Assembly (NCBI RefSeq): GCF_006345805.1
Contig: NC_043002.1
Coordinates: 38,936,001 to 39,000,000, forward strand
Length of the DNA stretch: 64,000 nt
Origin: Octopus sinensis
Lineage: Eukaryota
Direction of reading: 5' to 3'
Shown: one piece after another, positions 1 through 12,636 of the stretch
How positions within the stretch are numbered: the stretch's first letter is position 1
How the letters are laid out: every line of letters begins with the position of its first letter
Program-made: the position numbers and the translations under genes
The notes under the pieces: generated by a model
The model's database searches: none
What the model saw: only the letters and a program-made list of their open reading frames with translations
What the model was told of the DNA's origin: nothing

Positions 1-106
1 CGATGAGAAATAGTTACAAGCTATATCCGATTTGTGTCCTAATACATTTTAATAAACAATTTAAAGGATTGAACAATACATTATATGTGCGTATGTACGT
101 AAGTGC

Positions 107-124
107 ATATATATAGATATATAT

Positions 125-160
<36 letters not shown>

Positions 161-228
161 ATATAAATATATAATATATATATAATATATATATATATGT
201 ATATAAATATATATATATATATATATAA

Positions 229-271
<43 letters not shown>

Positions 272-296
272 TAGATATATAGATATAGAGTATAGA

Positions 297-366
<70 letters not shown>
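107..366. repeat. (TA)n followed by (GA)n microsatellite
   Basis: Directly visible dinucleotide runs; they explain ORFs 14..409 and 61..405. Confidence 0.95.
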
Positions 367-368
<2 letters not shown>

Positions 369-705
369 TTTCCTTTATAAGTAAGGACAGATCGTGTTTT
401 AGCATGCATTTACCGGTAGATACTTGCTACTCACGGAACCGACAGACGCTGAAATGTGGATTTAGCAATGTTACCTTCGTTACTGGACTATTTTCGTCTG
501 CTGCTGTTATATTTGTTTGTTTCACAACGCTGATATAATATCTTGGTGAAAAATACCGCAGTTTATCAGCCTTTCAATCATGTACGTTCTTTAAGTATGA
601 TGCACGCATTGCTATTTCAATGAATGCATCCTTTGTTGCACTGAACGAAGACATCCATACATCCCTAAATTTTATATGTGTGTTATATATATATGTATAT
701 ATATA

Positions 706-744
<39 letters not shown>

Positions 745-746
<2 letters not shown>

Positions 747-900
747 CACAATCAGGAATGGCCATAATAGGCCATTCACCCACTAGAAATAACAGCCAAA
801 GCTTCAACCGCAAAATAACATTGATGTTATTTTGCGGTTGAAGCTTTGGCTGTTATTCTAGTGGGTGAATGGCCTATTATGGCCATTCCTTGATTGTGAT
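745..900. repeat. Near-perfect inverted repeat (77-bp arms, 2-nt centre)
   Basis: 745-821 is the reverse complement of 824-900 apart from two 1-nt homopolymer indels. Confidence 0.95.
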
Positions 901-1298
901 GTTGAACTTATAAATGGTCTATGACTATTTAATTTTTTCCACTAGGCCGCTGGTGGCAAATATTCTACGAAATTTTTTCCACCCTATATTGATTAATTAT
1001 GAATTTTCTGGTTAATTCCGTAATGGAATCAGCGGCTTATATTTGCTGCCGATAAATTGGCGCGAGTGCGATGATTGAAAATTTAGGTCAGATATTGCCG
1101 AGGCAGGGATAGAGGTGCCTCGTGATATATCTGTCGGATCTGGCTCTGTTTCTACTGACGAATCTATCGGCCTATGGAAGATTGGCTTGATTAATTTAAT
1201 CAGGTTTTTACCATTAAACAAAGAATGAAACGGTGCATCGTATAAGAAATTACAAGGTAAATGTTTTTTTTTTAACTTTCTCCTGGTTTGCGGAATTA

Positions 1299-1477
1299 AT
1301 GTTATTTTGGCGTTGGAAGCTTTGGCTGTTATTTCTAGTGGGTGAATGGCCTATTATGGCCATTCCTTGATTGTGATGTTGAACTTATAAATGGTCTATG
1401 ACTATTTAATTTTTTCCCACTAGGCCGCTGGTGGCAAATAAATTCTACGAAATTTTTTGCCACCCTATATGATTAAT
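1299..1477 (+). repeat. Direct duplicate of 824-997
   Basis: atgttatttt...ccaccctatat(t)gattaat occurs at both positions with few indels. Confidence 0.93.
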
Positions 1478-1482
1478 ATATA

Positions 1483-1550
<68 letters not shown>

Positions 1551-1555
<5 letters not shown>

Positions 1556-1813
1556 GCAGCTGATGAGGATATAAATCAAGTATACGTTTGGCAAGCGTTC
1601 TTGAAAAATCCGAAACCGGTACTGCATTATCCATTATCTAGGCTTTTTTCATTTTCAGATGTTTTTCCTAGAAGTAAGACAATTTTTTTCATGTTTGTTG
1701 CACACACGCACCTTTACTAGTACATACGCAGTGAAGCTATACATTAGCGTCGTATTATTACGTTCGCTATTTTCCGTAGATATCGGTGCTTCGTTGTACC
1801 ATTTATTTACTTT

Positions 1814-1817
<4 letters not shown>
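1551..1817 (+). mobile_element. Short hammerhead-bearing repeat between (TA)n tracts (PLE pseudo-LTR-like)
   Basis: ~270-bp island flanked by (TA)n, starting with the ribozyme motif. Confidence 0.6.
1554..1627 (+). ncRNA. Minimal type I hammerhead ribozyme motif
   Basis: atgcag-CTGATGA-ggat[..]atcc-GAAA-ccg-GTA-ctgcat: 6-bp stem I, intact core, stem II, palindromic ACCGGT stem III, GUA triplet. Confidence 0.85.
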
Positions 1818-1867
<50 letters not shown>

Positions 1868-1891
1868 ATATTATATATATATATATATATA

Positions 1892-2210
1892 GTTAATCCA
1901 AACAAGAAAGCACAAAACAAACACAACAACGCGAGGACGTGGAACAAATATAGTATTATTGGACGCTCAATACACATATGCATATATGGGTACAGGACGT
2001 CACCAACAGTAAACAACATGAAATACGAAAAACAAATGAGTTCAGTACGCAAATAACGAGAGAAAAAATGGAAAACAGGATAAGTAACATAAAGAAGGAC
2101 CCTTCATCAACTGTCAACTGTCTTTCTTACTCCTCATTTCGAGCAATGAATGATGATATGAGTCTTCGAAGACAGTTGCTCCCATATGTACCAAAATAAA
2201 ATTTGGGTTT
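1892..2210. repeat. Dispersed repeat related to the 840-bp tandem unit and to 32330-32460
   Basis: Shares catatatgggtacaggacg.catc/cacc with 32330-32460, and the gtacaggac...cagga...ccc.tcatca.ctgtc...tttcga layout with the reverse complement of the tandem unit. Confidence 0.55.
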
Positions 2211-2622
2211 TATGGAGGGTCAAAGTTGTCTGGAACAAAAACAGGTTAGTGGCGACAAACAAACGTGGAGGGTCGTTAGACCAGAACGAGGGTAATATAG
2301 AGAACGGTGGAGAAATATATATTTTTTTTTTGACAAGAGAAAAGATAGATATATGTCCAGTCTTTTTGACAAGAGAGAGATAGAATATGTCCAGTCCTTA
2401 AGACATTCCTGAAACAAAAGAAAGATGATCATGTGGGGGAAAGAAAGATGGACGATTGTCCAGTGTGAGCAACGAGAGAGAGAAAAGGAGTAAGAGGGGG
2501 AGAGAGAGAAACAGATAGAAAACGAGTTAAGATGGCTTTTGGGAGGATAATTTTAATGATAAAGTAATAATTAATATTAAAATAAAAATTATCCAAAAAG
2601 CCATACATATACATAAATCGTG

Positions 2623-2794
2623 GCACTCCGTCGGTTCCGACGACGAGGGTTCGATCAACGGAACACCTTGCTCGTGAGATTAATGTGCAAGTGGCTGAAC
2701 ACTCCACAGACACGTGTACCCTTAACGTAGTTCTCGGGGAGATTCAGCGTGACACAGAGCGTGACAAGGCTGGCCCTTTGAAATACAGGTACAA
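2623..2794 (-). mobile_element. SINE 3' fragment (family of 36120-36415)
   Basis: Reverse-complement similarity to 36240-36415. Confidence 0.75.
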
Positions 2795-3172
2795 CATAAA
2801 CAGGAAGAAAGAGTGAAAGTAGTGGTGAAAGGGTACAGCAGAGTTCACCCCCTTCCCACTGCCGGGACCTCGTGGAGCTTCGTGGTGCTTATACGTACAT
2901 ATATATGTGTGTGTGTATGTGTGTGTGTTTGTGTATGTTTTATATACATACGTACATACATATATACAGACAGACATACAGACATACATCTTTTACCTTT
3001 TGCTTGTTTCAGTCATTCGACGGCTATTTCTTCCATCCTTCCACCTATCTTTCTATCCTTCTATCGCTCCACTTTCCTTCTCAAATCCTATAGAACACGT
3101 CCTGTCTTGTCTTAATACTGTGTGATAGCCGCAAAGCCCTCATTTGCATATATATATATATATATATATATA

Positions 3173-3444
3173 TACAGTGTACATTTAAACACATAAGAGG
3201 TATCCGTCATAGGATTCCTGGCACGCCAGAAGGAACAGCCAAAATCCAAACCACTATTAGGGATAAACTTCGAAGGGGATGAAAATTAAAAACATTTACC
3301 ATCTATCTCCTGGACCATGGTTTCTGACTTTTTTAGCAAATAAAATAATTTGCTAGGCGAACCCTTCTTCAACAGGTACGCCTAGATTAAAGTACGAGGC
3401 AATCTAGCATGTGCCCCGTGCTTATACATTATAATTTTTCAAAC
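3173..3444. repeat. Bipartite dispersed repeat; second copy at 26904-27180
   Basis: Block tacagtgtacatttaaac...aataatttgc and block tacgaggc.atc.agcatgtgccccgtgctta occur at both loci. Confidence 0.8.
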
Positions 3445-3486
3445 CCGCCGTACTGATCTATTAAATCGAAGACTAGTGATCCTATT

Positions 3487-3744
3487 CATCACTGGAACAA
3501 TAAAAATCTGTAAAACTTTCTAAATGTTTATTATTCAAATATATATGAGCATGTCTAGATATGCAACTATACGCATGAGAATACATACATAAAGCAAAGC
3601 ATACAAATCTGCACATGTACATACATACAAACAAAAATGCCCTGTTGTTTTATGTTGAAATTCCAATGAAGAAGCCTTGGATCTAGGTTAGAAACCTGCT
3701 CTCACTCTATTGGCAAGAACTCTTAAAATAAAACTGAACAATGA
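3487..3744 (+). mobile_element. 3' end of RLE-type non-LTR retrotransposon (family of 59652-60200)
   Basis: Aligns with ~59950-60200 (end of ORF plus 3' UTR ...aaataaaactgaa(c/t)aatga) and runs into (CATA)n. Confidence 0.85.
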
Positions 3745-3974
3745 CATACATACGTACATACATACATACATACATACATACATACATACATACATACATG
3801 CATGCATGCATGCATACATACATACATACATACATACATACATACATACATACATACATACATACATACATGCATGCATACATACATACATACATACATA
3901 CATACATGCATGCATACATACATATATACATACATACATACATACATACATACATACATACATACATACATACA

Positions 3975-4008
<34 letters not shown>

Positions 4009-4046
4009 CATACATACATACATACATATATACATACATACATACA

Positions 4047-4080
<34 letters not shown>

Positions 4081-4174
4081 CATACATACATACATACATA
4101 TATACATACATACATACATACATGCATACATGCATGCATACATACATACATACATACATACATACATACATACA

Positions 4175-4208
<34 letters not shown>

Positions 4209-4230
4209 CATACATACATACATACATATA

Positions 4231-4264
<34 letters not shown>

Positions 4265-4330
4265 CATACACATACATACATACATACATACATACATACA
4301 TACATACATACATACATACATACATACATA
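3745..4330. repeat. (CATA)n microsatellite, ~585 bp
   Basis: Directly visible. Confidence 0.97.
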
Positions 4331-4485
4331 GACGGCGATTTTCAGTTTCAGCCAACCAAATCCACTCACAAGGCCTTGGTCAACCCGAGGCTATAGTAGA
4401 AGACATTGCCGAATGTTCCGCAGAGTAGGACTGAACCAAGACCACATGGTTGAGAAGTAAGCTTGTTAACCACACAACCACGTCT
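4331..4485 (-). mobile_element. tRNA-derived SINE, family B, 5' part
   Basis: Reverse complement of the gtggttaac..ttcagtcc..ctatagcctcgg..ttgtgagtggatttgg consensus seen at 9026, 35566 and 38888. Confidence 0.85.
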
Positions 4486-4506
4486 ACGTCTATATATATA
4501 TATATA

Positions 4507-7451
4507 TTTGTCTATGCCAGAAAAAAGGCTTTTTCGTTCGTCCTCTTGTGTTTGTTTTTGTACATGTATTTTAATTTTGCAGTCTTATTGTTACGTCTTG
4601 TTTGTGTTCGTACTCATTGTGCCCCGCTGCTTGAAATTTTATTTTAATTCTCTCGCAGGAAGGCCTATTGGATTAGTGTTCTGTTATGCCTTCGAAACAT
4701 GCCTGACTCCTCTAGCGACAGCTGATGACGGGGGTTTTGTCCTTGTGTAACCTGTCCTGTATTTGGTTTTCGTTTTCCGTTTTCTTGTTTTTTGTTTTTG
4801 GCTTTTTTGTTTCTACGTCTTATTGTGATGTCCTGTACTTCCGTATAATTATTTATATATGCATGTATATATACATGTAGATGTAGGTACGTACATATAT
4901 GTTGTATGTATGCATATATTTTTATTTATCTCCTTATTGTCTGACAGCGCCCCGCATCAGGTTCGTTCCGATTCGTCGTTTCGATCCACTTCTTGGTCCC
5001 CTTTTTTTATTTAATATTATTATATTGAAGATGCGGTACTCTCTCCCTTTGCTTTAACCTCTTCAATCTTGTCCCTCCCCCTCCTCCTCTCTCTCTCTTC
5101 GCCGCGTGTCCCCCTCCTCCTTCCCTCTTCCTTGCCTATAAAACAAAATTCCTTTACACGTGGTTACCACTATTGAAAAGACTGCCTCCACGCGCTGCCA
5201 CTACACTTTCGTCCTTGCCAGCAAAAAGGCTTCTTCGTTCGTCCCCTTGTGTGGTCAATTTCCTGTATAGTATTCTTGTTATTTTCTCGTTTTGTAACTA
5301 ATTGTACTTTTTGTACATGTATTTTTATTTTTGCAGTTTTATTGTTTGTCTATGCCAGAAAAAAGGCTTTTTCGTTCGTCCTCTTGTGTTTGTTTTTGTA
5401 CATGTATTTTAATTTTGCAGTCTTATTGTTACGTCTTGTTTGTGTTCGTACTCATTGTGCCCCGCTGCTTGAAATTTTATTTTAATTCTCTCGCAGGAAG
5501 GCCTATTGGATTAGTGTTCTGTTATGCCTTCGAAACATGCTGACTCCTCTAGCGACAGCTGATGACGGGGGTTTTGTCCTTGTGTAACCTGTCCTGTATT
5601 TGTTTTCGTTTTCCGTTTTCTTGTTTTTTGTTTTTTGGCTTTTTCTGTTTCTACGTCTTATTGTGATGTCCTGTACTTCCGTATAATTATTTATATATGC
5701 ATGTATATATACATGTAGATGTAGGTACGTACATATATGTTTGTATGTATGCATATATTTTTATTTATCTCCTTATTGTCTGACAGCGCCCCGCATCAGG
5801 TTCGTTCCGATTCGTCGTTTCGATCCACTTCTTGGTCCCCTTTTTTTTATATTATATTTTATATTGAAGATGCGGTACTCTCTCCCTTGCTTTAACCTCT
5901 TCAATCTTTCTCCCTCCCCCTCCTCCTCTCTCTTCTTCGCCGCGTGTCCCCCTCCTCCTTCCCTCTCCTTGCCTATAAAACAAAATTCCTTTACACGTGG
6001 TTACCACTATTGAAAAGACTGCCTCCACGCGCTGCCACTACACTTTCGTCCTTGCCAGCAAAAAGGCTTCTTCGTTCGTCCCCTTGTGTGGTCAATTTCC
6101 TGTATAGTATTCTTGTTATTTTCTCGTTTTGTAACTAATTGTACTTTTTGTACATGTATTTTTATTTTTGCAGTTTTATTGTGTTTGTCTATGCCAGAAA
6201 AAAGGCTTTTTCGTTCGTCCTCTTGTGTTTTTTTTGTACATGTATTTTAATTTTGCAGTCTTATTGTTACGGTCTTGTTTGTGTTCGTACTCATTGTGCC
6301 CCGCTGCTTGAAATTTTATTTTAATTCTCTCGCAGGAAGGCCTATTGGATTAGTGTTCTGTTATGCCTTCGAAACATGCCTGACTCCTCTAGCGACAGCT
6401 GATGACGGGGGTTTTGTCCTGTGTAACCTGTCCTGTATTTGGTTTTCGTTTTCCGTTTTCTTGTTTTTGTGTTTTTTGGCTTTTTGTTTCTACGTCCTAT
6501 TGTGATGTCCTGTACTTCCGTAAATTATTTATATGCATGTATATATACATGTAGATGTAGGTACGTACATATATGTTTGTATGTATGCATATATTTTTAT
6601 TTATCTCCTTATTGTCTGACAGCGCCCCGCATCAGATTCGTTTCCGATTCGTCGTTTCGATCCACTTCTTGGTCCCCTTTTTTTTATATTAATATTATTA
6701 TATTGAAGATGCGCGTACTCTCTCCCTTTGCTTTAACCTCTTCAATCTTTGTCCCCTCCCTCCCCCTCCTCCTCTCTCTTCGCCGCGTGTCCCCCTCCTC
6801 CTTCCCTCTTCCTTGCCTATAAAACAAAATCCTTTACACGTGGTTACCACTATTGAAAAGACTGCCTCCACGCGCTGCCACTACACTTTCGTCGTCCTTG
6901 CCAGCAAAAAGGCTTCTTCGTTCGTCCCCTTGTGTGGTCAATTTCCTGTATAGTATTCTTGTTATTTTCTCGTTTTGTAACTAATTGTACTTTTTGTACA
7001 TGTATTTTTATTTTTGCAGTTTTATTGTTTGTCTATGCCAGAAAAAGGCTTTTTCGTTCGTCCTCTTGTGTTTGTTTTTGTACATGTATTTTAATTTTGC
7101 AGTCTTATTGTTACGTCTGTTTTGGTTCGTACTCATTGTGCCCCGCTGCTTGAAATTTTTTATTTTCTTCTCTCGCAGGAAGGCCTATTGGATTAGTGTT
7201 CTGTTATGCCTTCGAAACATGCCTGACTCCTCTAGCGACAGCTGATGACGGGGGTTGTCCCTGTGTACCTGTCCTGTATTTGGTTTTCGTTTTCCGTTTT
7301 CTTGTTTTTTTGTTTTTTGGCTTTTTCTGTTTCTACGTCTTATTGTGATGTCCTGTACTTCCGTATAATTATTTATATATGCATGTTATATACATGTAGA
7401 TGTAGGTACGTACATATATGTTTGTATTATGCATATATTTTATTTATCTCC
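4507..7451. repeat. Tandem array, ~840-bp unit, 3.5 copies
   Basis: The unit start tttgtctatgccaga recurs at 4507, 5345, 6184 and 7028. Confidence 0.97.
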
Positions 7452-7633
7452 TATATATATATATATATATATACTTTTAGTGCATTTGTTTTGTTGTTTA
7501 TTCTTTTGTCTGGTCTTTATTGCCATTTCTTCTTTTTGCTATGTTCTCCATGACATGAATAACAAGTTATGCGGTTCAAAAACAGTTACACTGTCTAAAC
7601 TCATACAAATTAATCTGAAACTGGACTCAAAAT

Positions 7634-7684
7634 CCAGTCACGGATTGGTTCGCCAGGCGTTTTCCTGTACTCATCAGTCACTGG
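7634..7684 (-). ncRNA. Degenerate hammerhead-like relic
   Basis: Minus strand ccagtga-CTGATGA-gtacagg aaaacg cctggc-GAAC-caatcc-GTG-actgg; two core positions deviate. Confidence 0.35.
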
Positions 7685-8008
7685 CAATACAGATGTGTCT
7701 ACAGTCGTAAACACCGACGCAGTCGAAATTAAATACACACGAATATAGTCACAGAAGTACACAGCTATTATTCAGAGGCAAAGACCCATACGCACATAAA
7801 TACACATATATATACAGATATTCCAATAATAGCACACATCGATCCAATTCACAACATTTCATTAAACAACTTTAAACGCAATGTTAACAAGAACATTGTT
7901 ACTTGTAAAAATACAGGCGGTTTAATACGATCTTTTGGTGTTTCTTTTTCTCTCTTTGTTGTGATACATACACACACAAACACATATTATATATGTATAT
8001 ATATATAT

Positions 8009-8040
<32 letters not shown>

Positions 8041-8726
8041 GCAAATATGTATATGTATATATGTATGCACATATATATAAATATAGATATATTTATATAT
8101 GTATGTATATATATATATATATTATATATATGCAAATATGTATATGTATACATATATACACATATATTTATATATATGTATGTATATATATGTATATATG
8201 TTTATATATATATATGCATGCATATATATGTGTGTAAGTATATATATATATATATGTATATATACACACATATATATGTGTATATCTATACACACGCGCA
8301 CGCACACACACATATACATATCTCTATATGTACATATATATATATATATATATACATGCGTTCAGGGTAAGAGGCGGGAGGACTACATTTTTTTGTTAAA
8401 TACTTCTTTTTTCGTCGATGTTGATGTGTTTTTTTTTTCCACCCTTGCTGTCCAGTATGAACATGATAGAATCGTATATAATTGCTTGGTACGTCAAAGG
8501 GAAAAATAATCTATGATACCGATTGAAACTGAACGATCTACACACAGATGTGCGTGTGCGCACACATACACAATCATAAACAAACGAACAAATAAGTAAA
8601 CAAATAAACGCATATATGTATACGTATACATATATTATATATTGCATATACATATGAATATACATACGTGTGTATAGATATGAGTGTATGGGTGTGTGTG
8701 TGTTGACAGTGAGTGTCTCTTTTGTT

Positions 8727-8764
<38 letters not shown>

Positions 8765-9025
8765 TTCATGTGTATGTCGAGTGTGAGTCTGTAGTTTTGA
8801 GGCGAGGGTGGGTTGTTTGATATAAAGCTTTTGGTTCCAAATAATCGTTTGTATATTATATTCTTGTGTGTGTGTGTGTATGTATATGTATGTATGTATG
8901 TATATATATATATATATATATATTTGGGTGTGTGTATATATATACGTGTTTACACACACAAACACACACACATATAAATTTATATATATATTCATAAAGA
9001 TATATATATATATATATACATATAT

Positions 9026-9392
9026 GCACAGGACTAGCTTGTGTGGTAAGACGCTTGCTTCCCAATCACATGGTTCCGAATTCAGTCCCACTGCGTGGCA
9101 CCTTGGGCAAGTGTCTTCTACTTATAGCCTCGAGTCGACCAAAACCATGTGAGTGGATTTGGTAGACAGAAACTGAAAGAAGACTGTCGTATACATTCAT
9201 ATATACATGTATGTGTGTGTGTGTGTAAATGTTTGTGTCTGTATATGTCTGTCATCCCCCAACATCGCTTGACAACCGACGCTATAGTAGAGCCGATAGA
9301 TATTTCTAGGCTTACAAAGAATAAGTCCTGGGGTCGATTGCTCGACTAAAAGGCGGTGTTCCAGCATGCCCACATTCAAATGACTGAAGCAA
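9026..9392 (+). mobile_element. tRNA-derived SINE, family B, with internal (TA/TG)n
   Basis: A/B-box-like head, internal microsatellite, tail ...ggcggtgttccagcatg...aatgactgaa. Confidence 0.85.
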
Positions 9393-9422
9393 TTAATAGT
9401 AAATTATATATATAATTATATA

Positions 9423-9454
<32 letters not shown>

Positions 9455-9544
9455 TATTATATATATATTTGTGAGTGTGTGTGTGTGTGTGTGGTGTGTG
9501 TTGTGTGTGTGTACATATATACATACATGTATATGTATGTATTT

Positions 9545-9752
9545 GTGTGTCTGTGTTCCCCACCATCGCTTGACTACCGATATTGGTATGTTTTACATCC
9601 CCGAAACTTAGCGGTTCGGCAAAAAGAGGACTATAGAATCAGTACTAGAGTTACAAAGAATAAGTCCTGGGCGTCGATTTGTACGACTAAAGCGGTGCTC
9701 CAGCATGGCTGCAGTCAAATGACTGAAAAGATAAAAGAAAACAAGAATACAT
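9545..9752 (+). mobile_element. SINE family B 3' half
   Basis: Same tail consensus. Confidence 0.8.
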
Positions 9753-10377
9753 AAACACACAGTCGCATGTGTATATATATATATATAACATATATATATA
9801 TATCATATTCATATGGCATGTAGGTACATTCATATATATATAATATATATATATTATATATATATATATATATGTATATATTGTATATATATGATAACTA
9901 TGTATATGTATGTATGTATTTGTATAATATTTATATATATGTATGTATATATATATATAATATATATATATATTATACATATATATATGTGTATGTATAT
10001 TTGTGTGTGCGTAAATATATAATTTCAAATAATATATATATATTATATAATATATATATATATATCTAGTCTATAAATATCATATGTGTGTGTTTGTGTG
10101 TGTGTGCTGTGTGTGTTTGTGTTGTTGGGCGTCTGTGTGATGAGTGTATGTATGTGTCTGTGTTTGTGTGTGCTTTTGCCTCTGTGTGTGTGTACTGATA
10201 TAAAGATTTATGTACTAAAGTAGGTGTCGCTGAAGATATGTAGGACATAAATAGAAGAAATCAAAAGTGAGGAATATATTTCTTTCTTTATCTCTCTCTC
10301 TCTCTCTCTCTCTGTTTCTCACTGTCTTACTACATTGATAGACAGGTAGATAGATTGGTAGCTAGCTAGCTAGTTAG

Positions 10378-10395
10378 ATAGATAGATAGAATAAT

Positions 10396-10438
<43 letters not shown>

Positions 10439-10534
10439 GATAGATAGACAGACAGTAATAGATATATAGATAGATGATAGATAGATTAGATAGATAGTAG
10501 ATAGATAGATAGATAGTAGATAGATAGGATAGAT
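10378..10534. repeat. (GATA)n at the 3' end of the Tx1 element
   Basis: Directly visible. Confidence 0.95.
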
Positions 10535-10535
10535 A

Positions 10536-12595
10536 TGTTTCTTTATTAGCCACACAGGGCTGCACAAGATAGAACAATTACAGGTAGAGCTTTTCTTTGA
10601 AGGTTTAAAAAAAAGGGGGGAAGGGGGGTTTCGATCAAAAGGGATCGTAAAAGGAGAGAAAGAGGACAAAAAAGGGGGTTTAAAAAAAGGGGGAGAGTAA
10701 AAAAAATTTGATCAATAGGATCGTTATCACAGAAAATGTCAATATGAGTATAAAGGGGAGGACAGGTGAGGTTTACCCGTGGAAGAAAAAGCCTACGGAA
10801 AGACCACGGTAACCTCGGTCAATGGAGTCACATGTTATTTTCTTTTTTTTTTTTTTTTTTGCGAATAAGCAACTCTCTGCTTTCAATTTCTGGGTTCATA
10901 GGATCATGCTCAGGTGGCTTCGTCATTCATACGTGCCATCCTTGCTACATTCACCCATCTTTTTTTAAAACATTCGCTAGACAAAACTTGCCTCTCTACT
11001 CTCACTTTCCTTTTCAAGTGGTACTGAAGAAGTTGATGAGAGATTGACCAGAGAGGAAAGTGTTTGTCTCCAATCCTTTCAGACACGTCCACCAGATACA
11101 TTCTTTCGCCATAGCCACAAGGATGATGAAAATAGCTCTTCCTTCCGTTTGAAGGAAGGAGGCGTGCAATATTGACGATCGACTCAGCTGAAACCGACTC
11201 GTCCCACACGTGACAGCAGTTGTTCGACATAAGCCCACAGGTCGAAATTGTTGGACACTGCACGAGTGCGTGCAGAACGTTTCGTCGCTCTGACCGCATC
11301 TCGGGCAGGTCGGCCCGTGTTTTCTCGAGCCGTGTCTGTAGAGCTTATCCCGAACGGGTAGCGCTTCTCGGTAGCACTGCCAGGCCAGGATCTCTGGAAG
11401 TTGTCCATGGGCCCTGGCCCAAAGTCGTCCTGAACAGGCGGTCAGGTCTCCTCGTCGACGTCCAGGTTCGCCCCGACTCGTCGTCGTACCTCCCCTCCAC
11501 TAAACCCCTATAGAATGCTTTGTTGTGTTGAAGTCACTCAAGGTCGACCCAGGGCGGCAGAGTTGCTTGAGAGCAACGCGACACTCGCGGTGCCATTCGC
11601 CCTTCCTCGGCCTCTTTTTGATCCACGACTGCAGTTCGGTCATGGAGACGAGCTGCGGGAAAGCGTGCCTCACAAACGGCGACCACACCTGTTCACCGTC
11701 GTCTCATAGAGCCAGAGATGTCGCAGTCTCAGCGCGTTCTGCGCATCATCAACCACGGCAGGCCCAGCCCTCCTTTTAACCGGTGTGTGACAGCAAATGG
11801 ATCGCCTGACCATCGGGACGCATCCTTTCCACAAGAAGCGAAAGAGAATGCGTTGTAGTTTGGTGATGGTAAGGGTCGGTACAAGGTACGCCACGGTCAG
11901 GCGGTAGTAGATGACGGACGCGATGTACGTGTTCGCCACCTCCGCCCGACTTTTAGGACAGTTTCCTCTCGGCCCATTGCCGGGCGAGAGTGACCACCCC
12001 TACTCGTTATCTCGTTCCAGTTCTTCTCCACTCGGAGGTCCGGACCAAACCAGACCCCGAGCAAACTCACCGGCCGTCGGTCCAGCGTCCCACGACGGAG
12101 GCGCTGGTGGACGGCATGGGCTTGCTTCTCCAGGCCTAGTCGCAAGCCCATGACTTTTCCCGGTGATTTTCGCTCCTGTCACTGCTTCGTAGTTTTTCAG
12201 TGTCTCGCCTACCTGCTCGATGCTCGTGGCTAGACACTATGACGGTGACGTCGTCCGCGTATGCAGACACGCTCGTCCCGCATCCCATTCTCGCGGGATG
12301 CCTCTCAAGGTTGCCAGCTTCCGCAATATGGCTCGAGAGTCAATACGTATAGAGCGACGAGAGGGGGCATCCCTGACGGACCGAACGTGCGATGTCGAAG
12401 GGTCTCGATAGATGTCCATTTACTCGAATTACCGAACGGATGCCTCTGTACAAAGCGGCTATCCAGCCGCGGAAGACGGGACCGAAGCCAGCCGCTCTGA
12501 GGACCGCCTCCAAGTATCGATGGTCCACCCTATCGAAAGCTTTCGATTGATCCAAATTGATCAGCGCCCCACCCATGCCAGGTTCGTTAACTACA
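10536..12595 (-). mobile_element. 5'-truncated, frameshifted Tx1-like (L1 clade) non-LTR retrotransposon: RT, C-terminal Cys-rich region and 3' UTR
   Basis: GALINLDQSKAFDRVDH...SVRQGCPLS (RT), LGVWFGPD, FRFLWKG, HALVQCP; AATAAA just before the (TATC)n tail. Confidence 0.92.
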
Positions 12596-12636
12596 TAGAT
12601 AGATAGATCGATAGATAGATAGGTAGATAGATAGAG

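Noticed and set aside
3660-3715. ccaATGAAGAagcct...aggttaGAAAcc...ctaTTGG in the RLE 3' UTR, hammerhead-like
   Set aside because: C3 is missing, stem III does not pair, and the copy at ~60120 does not keep GAAA; treated as an ordinary UTR hairpin.
4507-7451. CRISPR-like or prokaryotic repeat array
   Set aside because: The units are ~840-bp near-identical copies without unique spacers, in a eukaryotic context.
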